DNA from: an uncultured Neisseria sp.
GTDB taxonomy: Bacteria; Pseudomonadota; Gammaproteobacteria; Burkholderiales; UBA11063
DNA: 63,351 nucleotides
Assembly: GCA_964545465.1 (NCBI GenBank)
Contig: CAZJFO010000001.1
Span: 1 to 63,351, forward strand
Reading direction: 5' to 3'
The position numbers and the translations under genes are program-made. Numbering within the stretch: position 1 is the first letter of the stretch; every line of letters starts with the position of its first letter. Below are positions 1 through 9,681 of this stretch, in pieces. A model generated the notes under the pieces. That model made no database searches, was not told where the DNA came from, and worked only from the letters and a program-made list of their open reading frames with translations.

Positions 1-51
1 ATAGATCTAAAAATTTTAAAAGGTCAGTTTCTTTTGATGCTTGAATCCACG
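1..51 (+). mobile_element. Right end of an IS30-family insertion sequence (cut off by the window edge)
   Basis: Bases 2-45 match 34561-34604 (3 mismatches), which is the 3' end of a recognisable IS30 transposase remnant. Both copies end in TGAATCCAC(G), resembling IS30-family terminal repeats. Confidence 0.75.
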
Positions 52-297
52 GATAAACATGAGAGAAAAGAAGGCGAAGAAGCACCTCTTGGATTAATAT
101 TATGTGCTGATAAAAAGAAAGAGCAAATCGAATTATTAGAACTTGACAAAAGTGGCATACATGTTGCTCAATATTTAACTGCATTACCGCCAAGAGATGT
201 TTTAGAGGCTCGATTAAATAAAGCGATTCAACTAGCTCAAGAGAGAAACGACATAATACAAATATCAAATAATGAAGATGGATTGATGGATGATTAA
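52..297 (+). pseudogene. C-terminal fragment of a YhcG/DUF1016 PD-(D/E)XK nuclease-like gene, truncated by the IS
   Basis: DKHERKEGEEAPLGLILCADK...SGIHVAQYLTALP is the typical DUF1016 C-terminus. The first 6 codons of the 34..297 ORF come from the IS end. Confidence 0.75.
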
Positions 298-429
298 ATT
301 ATTAAGTTTGTAATCCATTAAATGAATAACTTTGGGTAATATATTGGTTGTTTTAACGTTTTATATAAATCAGGCAATCAAATGTATATAATAAACTATT
401 TTATATGATACTGAGAACTGGACACATAA

Positions 430-1593
430 ATGAATAAACGATTAGTTCCTAAATTAAGATTTCCTGAGTTTGATGGTGAGTGGCGTTCTTGTAAATTTGG
501 TGATGTTGGTAAATTTATTGGGGGTGGCACACCATCAACTAAAAATGATAGCTATTGGATTGGTGATATTCCTTGGATATCTAGTTCGGATCTAGTAGAA
601 GGAGATATACATTCTATTAATGCGAAGAGATTTATTACAAGAGATGCTGTTGATAATTCTGCAACAAAATTAATTCCTCAAGGGAGTGTTTTAATAGTTT
701 CTAGAGTTGGTGTTGGAAAAGTAGCAATTAATAAGTTTCCATTATGTACTAGCCAAGATTTCCAAAATGTAATATTAGATTTATCAAATGAAGTTTTTAT
801 TGCATATTTAGTTCAGCTTAAAGCGTCGAAGTTAATCGAATTTAATCAGGGTACTTCAATTAAAGGTTTTGTTAAGGAGGATTTAATAAATTTAGTATTA
901 GCATTGCCTATTTTACCAGAACAAACAAAAATTGCGGATTTTCTGACAGCTGTTGATGACAAAATCCAACAACTAACTCGTAAAAAAGAGCTTCTGGAAC
1001 AATACAAAAAAGGCGTAATGCAACAACTATTCAGCCAAAAAATCAGATTTAAAGATGATGATGGCGATTATTATCCAGATTGGGATTATCTGGAGCTTGA
1101 AGAGTTGTTGAAGTACGAGCAGCCAACTAAATATATTGTAAACAATACGGATTATAGTGATGAGTTTTTAACTCCAGTCTTGACTGCTGGGAAAACGTTC
1201 ATTTTGGGTTATACCAATGAAGTTGATGGAATATTCAAAGAAAAATTACCAGTTATTATTTTCGATGATTTTACAACTTCTAACCAATATGTAGATTTTG
1301 AATTTAAAGTTAAATCATCTGCAATGAAAATATTATTACCAATTAATGAATATGTGAATATTAAGTATGTTTATGAGCGTTTACAGTTTATTGATTTTGC
1401 ACTTGGGGATGAACATAAACGATATTGGATTTCTGAATTTTCAAAAGAAGTTATTGAAGTGCCATGTTTGAAAGAGCAAACTAAAATTGCTGATTTTTTG
1501 GCTTCTGTTGATGATGGTATCAATAAATTGTCATTACAGTTGCAACAAACAAAAACATATAAAAATAGTCTGCTTCAGCAAATGTTTATATAA
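430..1593 (+). CDS. hsdS: Type I restriction-modification specificity subunit
   Basis: N-terminal VPKLRFPEF; two TRDs, each followed by a repeated conserved helix (EQTKIADFLTAVDDKI / EQTKIADFLASVDDGI); C-terminal LLQQMF. Confidence 0.95.
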   Translation: MNKRLVPKLRFPEFDGEWRSCKFGDVGKFIGGGTPSTKNDSYWIGDIPWISSSDLVEGDIHSINAKRFITRDAVDNSATKLIPQGSVLIVSRVGVGKVAINKFPLCTSQDFQNVILDLSNEVFIAYLVQLKASKLIEFNQGTSIKGFVKEDLINLVLALPILPEQTKIADFLTAVDDKIQQLTRKKELLEQYKKGVMQQLFSQKIRFKDDDGDYYPDWDYLELEELLKYEQPTKYIVNNTDYSDEFLTPVLTAGKTFILGYTNEVDGIFKEKLPVIIFDDFTTSNQYVDFEFKVKSSAMKILLPINEYVNIKYVYERLQFIDFALGDEHKRYWISEFSKEVIEVPCLKEQTKIADFLASVDDGINKLSLQLQQTKTYKNSLLQQMFI

Positions 1594-1625
1594 AAATAAT
1601 TAATTTATGCAATGAAAGCATTAAA

Positions 1626-2825
1626 ATGGATAATCCAGCAGTATTAACAAAATTCACAAAATATTACGACACCTCTTTTTTATTAGATGGTAGCAAAGCA
1701 CTTAAAATGTCATTGCCTTCAGGGTTTAATGATGTTTTTGATAGTCAGATTTCTTTAACTAAAGAAAATATAAAGTTTTTATCTAAATTATATAAAATGC
1801 CTGAAAAATTAATTAAGTACTATCAGGATAAAGTAAATAATTTGGTTCATATTGTGAGCTTTACTGCTAATAGTGCTGAAAATGTAAATACTTCACACAT
1901 GTGGGGTATTTATGCTGATAATGGAAAGGGATTAGCACTTGAGTTTGATTATGGTGAATTAGATAATAGTGCAAATCATACAGCATTTAATGAGTTACAC
2001 CAGCAATTTAAAAGCTATGATATTAAGAATCAAAATTTAATGATTAAAAATGAGCAAATTCAAGATAAAGCAAAGTTATTGCATAATAATCCAAATGCTT
2101 TGAAAGCGTTGCAATATTTATTTTCAGCAAAAAAAGCTCTAACAGAGCCTGTTGAAATTCCTGGTTTTGAAGAATCATTTGTGAGATTTAAAAGTGGAAT
2201 TGTAGATAAAGATCTTATTAACTGGCTTAGTCAAATATTTCAACAGCCAGTAAATGAAAATAAATTCTTGTATAAAATGTCTTACGTTAAAGATTATAAT
2301 TTTATTCCTGAAGCTTTTGAAACATATTTACAAGCTGAAATTATTAAAAAAATAAATAAACAAGATCCTGAATTGAGTGTGCTTTATCTTAAATATATGC
2401 AGTTGTACAAGACTAAATCAATTGCTTGGGAATATGAAAATGAATATCGATTGATAACACCTTATTTTACACATGATGGGTATATGAAGGAGTCTGCGAA
2501 TAAAAGTTTAGAGTCACAGCAAAAAATATTAGATGATTTTAAAGAAAAGCACAAAAAATTAAATCTTATGTATTTTTATAAGTATGATAATAATGATATA
2601 CCTCATGCAATCGATGATAATGTTAGTGGTGATGGCGGAGTGGAACTCATTAATATACCATTTCCTAAAAATATTTATTTAGGTTGGGCATTTGATGATA
2701 ACGATAATTCTGAAAAGAAAAAACTGGAAATCATGAAGTTTTGCAAGGATCACCATATTAGACTATTTCAATTAAAAAGATATTTTGATTATCAGGAACG
2801 TAAGTTTATTTCACACGAATTATAA
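1626..2825 (+). CDS. DUF2971-family protein inserted in the hsd locus
   Basis: Motifs PSGFNDVFD, HMWGIYADNGKGLALEFD and KSIAWEYENEYRLI are characteristic of DUF2971. Confidence 0.75.
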   Translation: MDNPAVLTKFTKYYDTSFLLDGSKALKMSLPSGFNDVFDSQISLTKENIKFLSKLYKMPEKLIKYYQDKVNNLVHIVSFTANSAENVNTSHMWGIYADNGKGLALEFDYGELDNSANHTAFNELHQQFKSYDIKNQNLMIKNEQIQDKAKLLHNNPNALKALQYLFSAKKALTEPVEIPGFEESFVRFKSGIVDKDLINWLSQIFQQPVNENKFLYKMSYVKDYNFIPEAFETYLQAEIIKKINKQDPELSVLYLKYMQLYKTKSIAWEYENEYRLITPYFTHDGYMKESANKSLESQQKILDDFKEKHKKLNLMYFYKYDNNDIPHAIDDNVSGDGGVELINIPFPKNIYLGWAFDDNDNSEKKKLEIMKFCKDHHIRLFQLKRYFDYQERKFISHEL

Positions 2826-2850
2826 AATTAACAAAGAAAAGTAAGAAGTT

Positions 2851-5700
2851 ATGAGTTACCAAGCAGAGCAACCGCTAGAAAACAACTTAGTTAAGCAGCT
2901 AGTATCATTAGGGCATGGCTATATAGAGCTTAATAATGAAGCGGATATATTAGCTAACCTAAAGATGCAATTAGAAAAGCATAATCAAATTAAATTATCA
3001 GCTGCTGAGTTTGATAAGGTATTAAACCATCTCAATAAGGGTAATATATTTGAGAGAGCTAAAATACTGCGTGACAAAATGCAGTTTACTAGTGATGATG
3101 GCGAAGTTAAATATATCGAATTTATTAATCAAGACCAGTGGTGCCAAAATCAATTTCAGGTAACAAAACAAGTAACAGTTGAGGGAACATATACCAACCG
3201 CTATGATGCTACTATTTTGATAAATGGATTGCCTTTGGTGCAGATTGAACTAAAACGTCGAGGCTTGGAGCTAAAAGAAGCATTCAACCAGATTAATAGA
3301 TACCAAAGACATTCGTTTGGTGCTTCATATGGTTTATTTCAGTATGTGCAGTTATTTGTTATTAGTAATGGTGTAAATACTAAGTATTATGCCAATAATA
3401 AAAACCAATCGTTTAAGCAGACATTCTATTGGTCAGATACTCATAATAGTATTATTACTCAGCTTGAGGCTTTTACTGAGCTATTTTTAGAGCCATGCCA
3501 TTTGGCTAAGATGATTACCAAATATATAGTATTAAATGAAGCTGAGAAGGTATTAATGGTACTTAGACCATATCAATACTATGCAACCGAAGCTATTATT
3601 GAACGAGTTAAAAACTCACCAAAGAAAAATGGTTATATCTGGCATACAACAGGATCAGGTAAGACGCTAACCTCATTTAAAGCTAGTCAAATATTAATAA
3701 ATATCCCCAAAGTATATAAGGTAGTATTTGTCGTTGATAGACAAGATTTGGATTTTCAGACGATAAAGGAATTCAATGCTTTCTCAAAAGGTAGTGTTGA
3801 TGGTACAGATAATACTAATGTTTTAGTAACAAAATTTACTGATGAAACTAAATTAATTGTTACGACATTGCAAAAACTAAATGTAGCTATTAGTAAGACT
3901 AAGTATCTACATAAAATGGAAAACCTTAAAGATAAGCGGATTATATTTATTTTTGATGAATGCCATCGAAGCCAGTTTGGTGACACGCATAAGCGAATCA
4001 AAGCATTTTTTACTAATCAGCAGATGTTTGGTTTTACGGGTACGCCAATTTTTGCAGATAATGCGGCTATAAATGAAGGAGGTAGACGAACTACCAAAGA
4101 TTTGTTTGAGGAGTGTCTACATAAATACGTTATTAATGATGCTATCAAAGATGAAAATGTACTTAGGTTTTTGATTGAGTATGTTGGTAAATACAAAAAC
4201 AAAAAGAATAGTAGTAATTTTGTAGATATTGAAGTAGAAGATATTGACACCAAGGAGCTACTTGATAGTCCTGATCGATTAAAAAAGATTGTAGATTATA
4301 TAATAGCCAATCATGATCGTAAGACTCATAGTAAAGTATTTAACGCGATGTTTTGTGTTAGTAGTATTGATACTCTTATCAAGTACTATGATTTATTCCA
4401 AGAGGCAAAAGTAGCAGGACGGCATAATCTAAAGATAGCTACTATTTTTAGTTTTGGTGCCAATGAAGATGATAAGGATGCTAATGGTTCTATTCCTGAA
4501 TCAAACTTAGATATAACTGATGATACCCCCATCAATGTACACACTAGAGATAAGCTGGAGCAGTATATCGGCGATTATAACCTAATGTTTAATAGTAAAT
4601 ATACTACTAAAGACAGTAAGTCATTTTATAATTATTTTACTGATATTTCAAAAAATGTTAAAGAGCGAAAAATCGATATTTTACTAGTTGTAAATATGTT
4701 TCTAACGGGCTTTGATAGTAAGCACGTAAATACTTTATATGTAGATAAGAATCTCAAATATCATGGGCTAATTCAAGCCTATTCAAGAACTAACCGAATT
4801 CTAAATGAGCAAAAATCTCAAGGTAATATTATCAGCTTTCGTAATCTTAAAAAAGCAACAGATGATGCTATAGCATTATTTTCTAATAAAAATGCAAATG
4901 AAGTTATCTTGGTAGAGCCATATGAGGATTATGTATCTAAATTCAATCGGATATATAAAGAGTTGATAAAGAAAGTACCAACTGTTGATAGCGTGAATTT
5001 TTTATTAACTGAAAAGGATGAGTTAGCATTTATCCAAACCTTTAGAGAGCTTCTACGGGTTCGAAATGTACTAACTACCTTTGCTGATTTTAGTTATGAT
5101 GATTTATCGATGGATGCTCAAAGTTTTGAAGACTACAAGAGTAAATATCTAGATTTATATGATAAGGTACGTAGTACTACGGCTAAAGAAAAAGTATCAA
5201 TCTTAAATGATGTGGATTTTGAGCTTGAGCTTATCCACCGTGATGATATCAATGTATCTTATATACTTGGGTTATTAATGAAGTTATCTGGAAAAAATCC
5301 AGAAGAACAAAAAAAGGAACGAAAAGCTATATTGAACTTAGTCAATGGCGAGACAGAACTTCGTAGTAAAAAAGAATTGATTGAGAAATTCATAGAGCAA
5401 AATATGCCCCAGATTCAGGATAATACTACTATTACTGAGCAGTTTGAAAAGTTTTGGAGTGCTGAAAAACAGCAATCATTCGAAAAACTATGTACTGAAG
5501 AAAAGCTAGACCCAGTGAAGCTTCAAGAGGTAATCAGCAAGTACCTCTTCAACGAAAGAAAACCAGTCGGCGATGATGTGTTTAATATGTTACAAGAGAA
5601 GCCAAAGCTACTGCAACGTAAAAAAGTAATTGATCGGGTGTGGGATAAAGTGACGAACTATGTAAAGACATTCATAGATGGGATTGATGATGGCGAGTGA
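2851..5700 (+). CDS. hsdR: Type I restriction endonuclease R subunit
   Basis: Nuclease motif RYD...INGLPLVQIELK; helicase motifs HTTGSGKT, DECHR, GFTGTP, MFLTGFD, QAYSRTNR. Confidence 0.97.
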   Translation: MSYQAEQPLENNLVKQLVSLGHGYIELNNEADILANLKMQLEKHNQIKLSAAEFDKVLNHLNKGNIFERAKILRDKMQFTSDDGEVKYIEFINQDQWCQNQFQVTKQVTVEGTYTNRYDATILINGLPLVQIELKRRGLELKEAFNQINRYQRHSFGASYGLFQYVQLFVISNGVNTKYYANNKNQSFKQTFYWSDTHNSIITQLEAFTELFLEPCHLAKMITKYIVLNEAEKVLMVLRPYQYYATEAIIERVKNSPKKNGYIWHTTGSGKTLTSFKASQILINIPKVYKVVFVVDRQDLDFQTIKEFNAFSKGSVDGTDNTNVLVTKFTDETKLIVTTLQKLNVAISKTKYLHKMENLKDKRIIFIFDECHRSQFGDTHKRIKAFFTNQQMFGFTGTPIFADNAAINEGGRRTTKDLFEECLHKYVINDAIKDENVLRFLIEYVGKYKNKKNSSNFVDIEVEDIDTKELLDSPDRLKKIVDYIIANHDRKTHSKVFNAMFCVSSIDTLIKYYDLFQEAKVAGRHNLKIATIFSFGANEDDKDANGSIPESNLDITDDTPINVHTRDKLEQYIGDYNLMFNSKYTTKDSKSFYNYFTDISKNVKERKIDILLVVNMFLTGFDSKHVNTLYVDKNLKYHGLIQAYSRTNRILNEQKSQGNIISFRNLKKATDDAIALFSNKNANEVILVEPYEDYVSKFNRIYKELIKKVPTVDSVNFLLTEKDELAFIQTFRELLRVRNVLTTFADFSYDDLSMDAQSFEDYKSKYLDLYDKVRSTTAKEKVSILNDVDFELELIHRDDINVSYILGLLMKLSGKNPEEQKKERKAILNLVNGETELRSKKELIEKFIEQNMPQIQDNTTITEQFEKFWSAEKQQSFEKLCTEEKLDPVKLQEVISKYLFNERKPVGDDVFNMLQEKPKLLQRKKVIDRVWDKVTNYVKTFIDGIDDGE

Positions 5701-5718
5701 TAATTTTGGGGGGATATT

Positions 5719-7216
5719 ATGAAATTAACTACAGTTAAAATTGAAAATTTTAGAAGTTATAAAAATGCAGTTACAATTAATTTTGAAGATCTAACAGCAT
5801 TTGTAGGTAAAAATGATATTGGTAAATCAACTGTTTTAGAGGCGTTGGATATTTTTTTTAATGATGGAAACTGTGTAATACAACTAGATAAAGATGATAT
5901 CAATAAACAATCCCTATCAGAGGAAAATAAGGAAATAATTATTTCTGCTTGTTTTACAAATCTACCATCGTCTGTAATAATAGATAGTACAAATGAAACA
6001 ACTTTAGAAAGTGAGTATTTGCTTAACGCAAATACTCAGCTGGAAATTATAAAAAAATACTCTAGTCCTTCCACAGCCGCAAAGGTGTTTATTAAAGCTT
6101 ATCATCCAACCAATCCATGTTGTAACGAATTGTTAAAAAAAACAAATCTAGAGTTAAAGAGTATTATTACAAAAAATAATATAGTTTGTGAAGATAAAAG
6201 CAAGAATGCTGTCATGAGGAATTCAATTTGGAATCACTTTCGTTCTGAACTTTTACTTTCAGAGGTGGAAGTTGATGTCACTACAAAAGGAGAGGCTAAA
6301 TCTATATGGGAGCAGTTGCAAAAATAGTGATGGAGATAGTGAAATTCAAGATCCATTAAAAGAAGCGGTAAAACAGATTTTACAAAATGCAGACCTTAGG
6401 CAAAAATTGAATGAAGTTGCTGAAGAAGTCTCAAAAAAGTTACAAGATGTTGCAGAGAAGACTTTAGGTAAACTAAAAGAATTGAATACAGATATAGCTA
6501 GCAGTTTAAACCCGTTGATTCCTGCTGTAGACAGCTTGAAGTGGTTTGATGTATTTAAAAAGATTTCTATCTCAGGTGATAATGATATTCCAATTAATAA
6601 AAGAGGAAGTGGTGTAAAGAGATTAGTGCTTTTAAGCTTTTTTATGGCAGAGGTTGAAAAGAGAAGTGATGAAGCAAATTTGCCTAGTGTTATATATGCT
6701 GTTGAAGAACCAGAAGCATCACAGCACTCAAGCCATCAAATAAATTTAATCAATGCATTTCTGAAGCTTGCAGGTATACCAGATACACAAATTATTATTA
6801 CGACTCATAGTCCAATGATAGTGAAGAAATTAAAGTTTGAGCATTTGAGGTTGATTTCTACTGATAATGAAGGCGTAAAGATAATTAAAAAAGTTTTACC
6901 AAATAGCTTGCCATATCCATCTTTAAATGAAGTCAACTATTTAGCATTTTCAGAAGTAACTGAAGAGTATCATAATGAGCTTTATGGGTTTTTGGAAGAC
7001 AAAAAACTATTTGATACATATAAAAGTGGTAAATTAACTAGAAGTTATAAACGTGTTATAAATAATGGAACGATTAAAGATGAATCCAAAATTTTAACAG
7101 AGGTTATTAGGCATCAAATTCATCATCCAGAAAATCAAAAGAATGAACGGCATACTCACGAAGAACTAAAGTATTCTATTGAATTAATGAGGGATTTTAT
7201 TTATGCGCAACAATAA
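5719..7216 (+). pseudogene. Frameshifted ABC/OLD-type ATPase with C-terminal HEPN-like motif (defence-associated), split into ORFs 5719..6327 and 6272..7216
   Basis: Walker A GKNDIGKS is in the first ORF. Signature RGSGVKR, Walker B VEEPE, H-loop TTHSP and RHQIHH (RxxxxH) are in the second. The frame changes at the A-run 6320-6324. Confidence 0.75.
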
Positions 7217-7229
7217 AAAATATATCTGA

Positions 7230-7517
7230 ATGAACAAAGCAGCAGTATATATCCTTTCTAGTAAACCAAATGGAACCTTGTATATTGGGGTGACTAGTGA
7301 TTTGGTGAAGCGAGTTTGGCAACATAAGAATAATTTAATTGATGGATTTACTAAAGAACATGCTGTGCATGATTTGGTGTATTTTGAATTGCATGAGGGT
7401 ATGGTAAGTGCGATAACTCGTGAGAAGCAGGTGAAAGCTTGGAAGAGGCAATGGAAGATAAATTTGATTGAAGAAAGTAATCCGCAGTGGAGAGATTTGT
7501 ATTCGGATTTATTGTAG
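7230..7517 (+). CDS. Small stand-alone GIY-YIG nuclease family protein
   Basis: AVYIL...GTLYIGVTSDLVKRVWQHK...LVYFE...AITREKQVKAWKRQWKINLIEESNPQWRDL. Confidence 0.92.
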   Translation: MNKAAVYILSSKPNGTLYIGVTSDLVKRVWQHKNNLIDGFTKEHAVHDLVYFELHEGMVSAITREKQVKAWKRQWKINLIEESNPQWRDLYSDLL

Positions 7518-7546
7518 GTGATTGGGCAGTTTTGGCAAGTGCGAGG

Positions 7547-7747
7547 GCATTAGGGCATGGATCCCAGCCTGCGCTGGGATGACCTAAAAAATGGGCTGGG
7601 ATGACGATTTAGATGCTGTTTTGATGACGGAAATTGAAGCGCTGGGATGGCTATTTAGTTGCTGCGATGACTGGTTTTTATTCGTCATTCCAAACATGAA
7701 CTAGACGCTGTTTCGTCACGAGTTTGGAATCCATGCTCTTTGCTCTA
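7547..7747. repeat. REP/dRS3-like palindrome cluster 1
   Basis: GGGCATGGATCCCAGCCTGCGCTGGGATGAC at 7553-7583; four degenerate 20-23 bp half-site units with consensus end GCTGGGATGAC; then an inverted unit CGTCATTCCAAAC...GTTTGGAATCCATGC from 7683. Confidence 0.9.
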
Positions 7748-7773
7748 TAGTATTTAGTCGTAGCTTATATATC

Positions 7774-7966
7774 GCCCATTAAAGATTTAGGATTTTAGTT
7801 ATTAATTTAGCGTTAAAAAAATCTTTATTGTTTGAGCGTAGCGAGTTTTAAAGGTTTTAGCTAAATTAATAAATAAAGTCCGTTAAAAATCTTGTCTGGG
7901 CTTGAATTCTTTGCTCCCTTTCTTGTTCAAGCAAGAAAGGGAGTGGGGCGTGCTGCCACACAGCAC
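7774..7966. other. Highly structured non-coding element (long hairpin plus two short hairpins)
   Basis: Nested stems GCCCA/TGGGC (7774/7901) and TTATTAATTTAGC/GCTAAATTAATAA (7799-7811/7860-7872, perfect 13 bp); then CTCCCTTTCTTG/CAAGAAAGGGAG (7914-7943, perfect 12 bp) and GTGCTG/CAGCAC (7950-7966). Confidence 0.75.
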
Positions 7967-8004
7967 AAAGAACAAAATATGATAAATAATGTTTTAATGC
8001 AAGT

Positions 8005-8104
8005 GCATTAGGGCATGGATCCCAGCCTGCGCTGGGATGACGAAAAAAGTTGCTGGGATGACGATTTAGCTGATGCTCTGATGACAAAAAATTGCTGGAA
8101 TGAC
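8005..8104. repeat. REP/dRS3-like palindrome cluster 2
   Basis: Identical 31-bp core at 8011-8041, followed by three 19-23 bp half-site units ending in ATGAC. Confidence 0.9.
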
Positions 8105-8127
8105 AGAATATGAGGAAAATTAATTAG

Positions 8128-9387
8128 ATGAATATACTATATATTAATCACTATGCGGGGAGCTTGACCTATGGGATGGAATATCGCCCCTACTATCTTG
8201 CTCGTGAATGGGTGAGGCTTGGGCATAATGTTACTATTATTGCTAGTAATATTTCACACCTTAGGAGCCATATAACTATCCCTGAGGGGCAAAACTATTT
8301 AGTTGAAAATATCGATGGTATTCGTTATGTTTGGTGTAGAACTCCTGACTATCCAGGTAATGGTATCAAGCGAGTTATTAATATATTTAGCTTTCTAAGG
8401 CGTGTTAAAAAACTAATACCAGCAATTATCAAAGGTAAAAATATACCTGATAATGCTAAGGCGAAATTTGATATCCCAGATCTGGTTATCGCATCTTCAA
8501 CCTATCCTTTTGATACCAAAGTAGCATCTAAAATTGCTACAAAAACAGGAGCGAAATTCGTTTATGAAGTTCATGATTTATGGCCGCTTACCCCTATTGA
8601 ACTAAATGGTATGTCAAAAATACATCCCTTTATTATGCTAATGCAAAGAGCTGAAGATTTTGGATATAGGCTTGCTGACAAAGTGGTAAGCCTACTACCT
8701 AAAGCAAAAAGTTATATGGTGGAACATGGACTTGATCCAAATAAATTTATCTATATTCCTAATGGGGTATCAGTTGCTGATTGGGAACAATCAAAAGAAG
8801 TAGTATCGGAAATTCATCTAAATAAAATTAATGACATAAAACAGCAGTATGGCTTTTTACTAGGTTATGCTGGTGGTATGGGTGAGTCAAATGCTCTTGA
8901 TTTCTTGTTAACAGCTGCTAAACAGCTTGATAAAAATATCGCGGTGGTATTGGTTGGTAATGGAGCTAAAAAGGATGCGTTATTAAAGCGTGTAACTGAC
9001 GAAAATATAACTAATGTATTTATACTACCAGCAATACCAAAAGCACAAATTCCTGATTTTCTTGCTCTGATGGATGCTCTATATATTGGATGGAATAAGC
9101 TATCAATTTATCGCTTTGGTATTTGTCCTAATAAACTCTTTGATTATATGTTGTCTGGGAAGCCCGTAGTGCATTCAGTGACAGCTGGGAATGATCTTGT
9201 AGTTGATGCTAAATGTGGGGTGTCTGTTGAGGCTGAAAATGTGACGGCAATAATAAAGGCTATTAATATGATCGCGGAGGAGAATAAAGTAGTTAGGGAT
9301 GAGCTTGGGGCTAATGGGCATGATTATGTTAAGATGCACCATGATTATAAGATTTTGGCAAAGAGGTTCTTAGATGAGACGATTTAG
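8128..9387 (+). CDS. Glycosyltransferase family 4 (WbuB-like), surface polysaccharide synthesis
   Basis: MNILYINHYAG, YEVHDLWP, YIPNGV, GYAGGMG, PNKLFDYMLSGKPVV. Confidence 0.9.
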   Translation: MNILYINHYAGSLTYGMEYRPYYLAREWVRLGHNVTIIASNISHLRSHITIPEGQNYLVENIDGIRYVWCRTPDYPGNGIKRVINIFSFLRRVKKLIPAIIKGKNIPDNAKAKFDIPDLVIASSTYPFDTKVASKIATKTGAKFVYEVHDLWPLTPIELNGMSKIHPFIMLMQRAEDFGYRLADKVVSLLPKAKSYMVEHGLDPNKFIYIPNGVSVADWEQSKEVVSEIHLNKINDIKQQYGFLLGYAGGMGESNALDFLLTAAKQLDKNIAVVLVGNGAKKDALLKRVTDENITNVFILPAIPKAQIPDFLALMDALYIGWNKLSIYRFGICPNKLFDYMLSGKPVVHSVTAGNDLVVDAKCGVSVEAENVTAIIKAINMIAEENKVVRDELGANGHDYVKMHHDYKILAKRFLDETI

Positions 9388-9671
9388 GGCAAGGGCATGG
9401 ATCCCAGCCTGCGCTGGGATGACGGGAAAAGGTACTGGGATGACGGAGAAAGGTACTGGGATGACGGAAAATATTGCTACGGTGTCGGGCAAAAGCAAGG
9501 GCATGGATCCCAGCCTGCGCTGGGATGACGGTGCAAGGTGCTGGGATGACGGTGCAAGGTGCTGGGATGACGATTTAGATTTTGCTTCGACGGCGGTGTT
9601 TTTTCTTCGTCATTCCAAACAAAAACATGATGCGGTTTCGTCACGAATTTGGAATCCATGCCCTTGCTCTA
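9385..9671. repeat. REP/dRS3-like palindrome cluster 3 (composite, bounded by inverted termini)
   Basis: Two 31-bp cores (9393-9423, 9499-9529), each followed by two 21-bp half-site units; inverted unit from 9608. Termini TAGGGCAAGGGCATGGAT / ATCCATGCCCTTGCTCTA are inverted repeats with 1 mismatch. Confidence 0.92.
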
Positions 9672-9681
9672 AGGGGCTAGT

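Noticed and set aside
34-51. Start of the 87-aa ORF at position 34
   Set aside because: These codons lie in the IS end; the DUF1016-like sequence begins at 52 with no native start.
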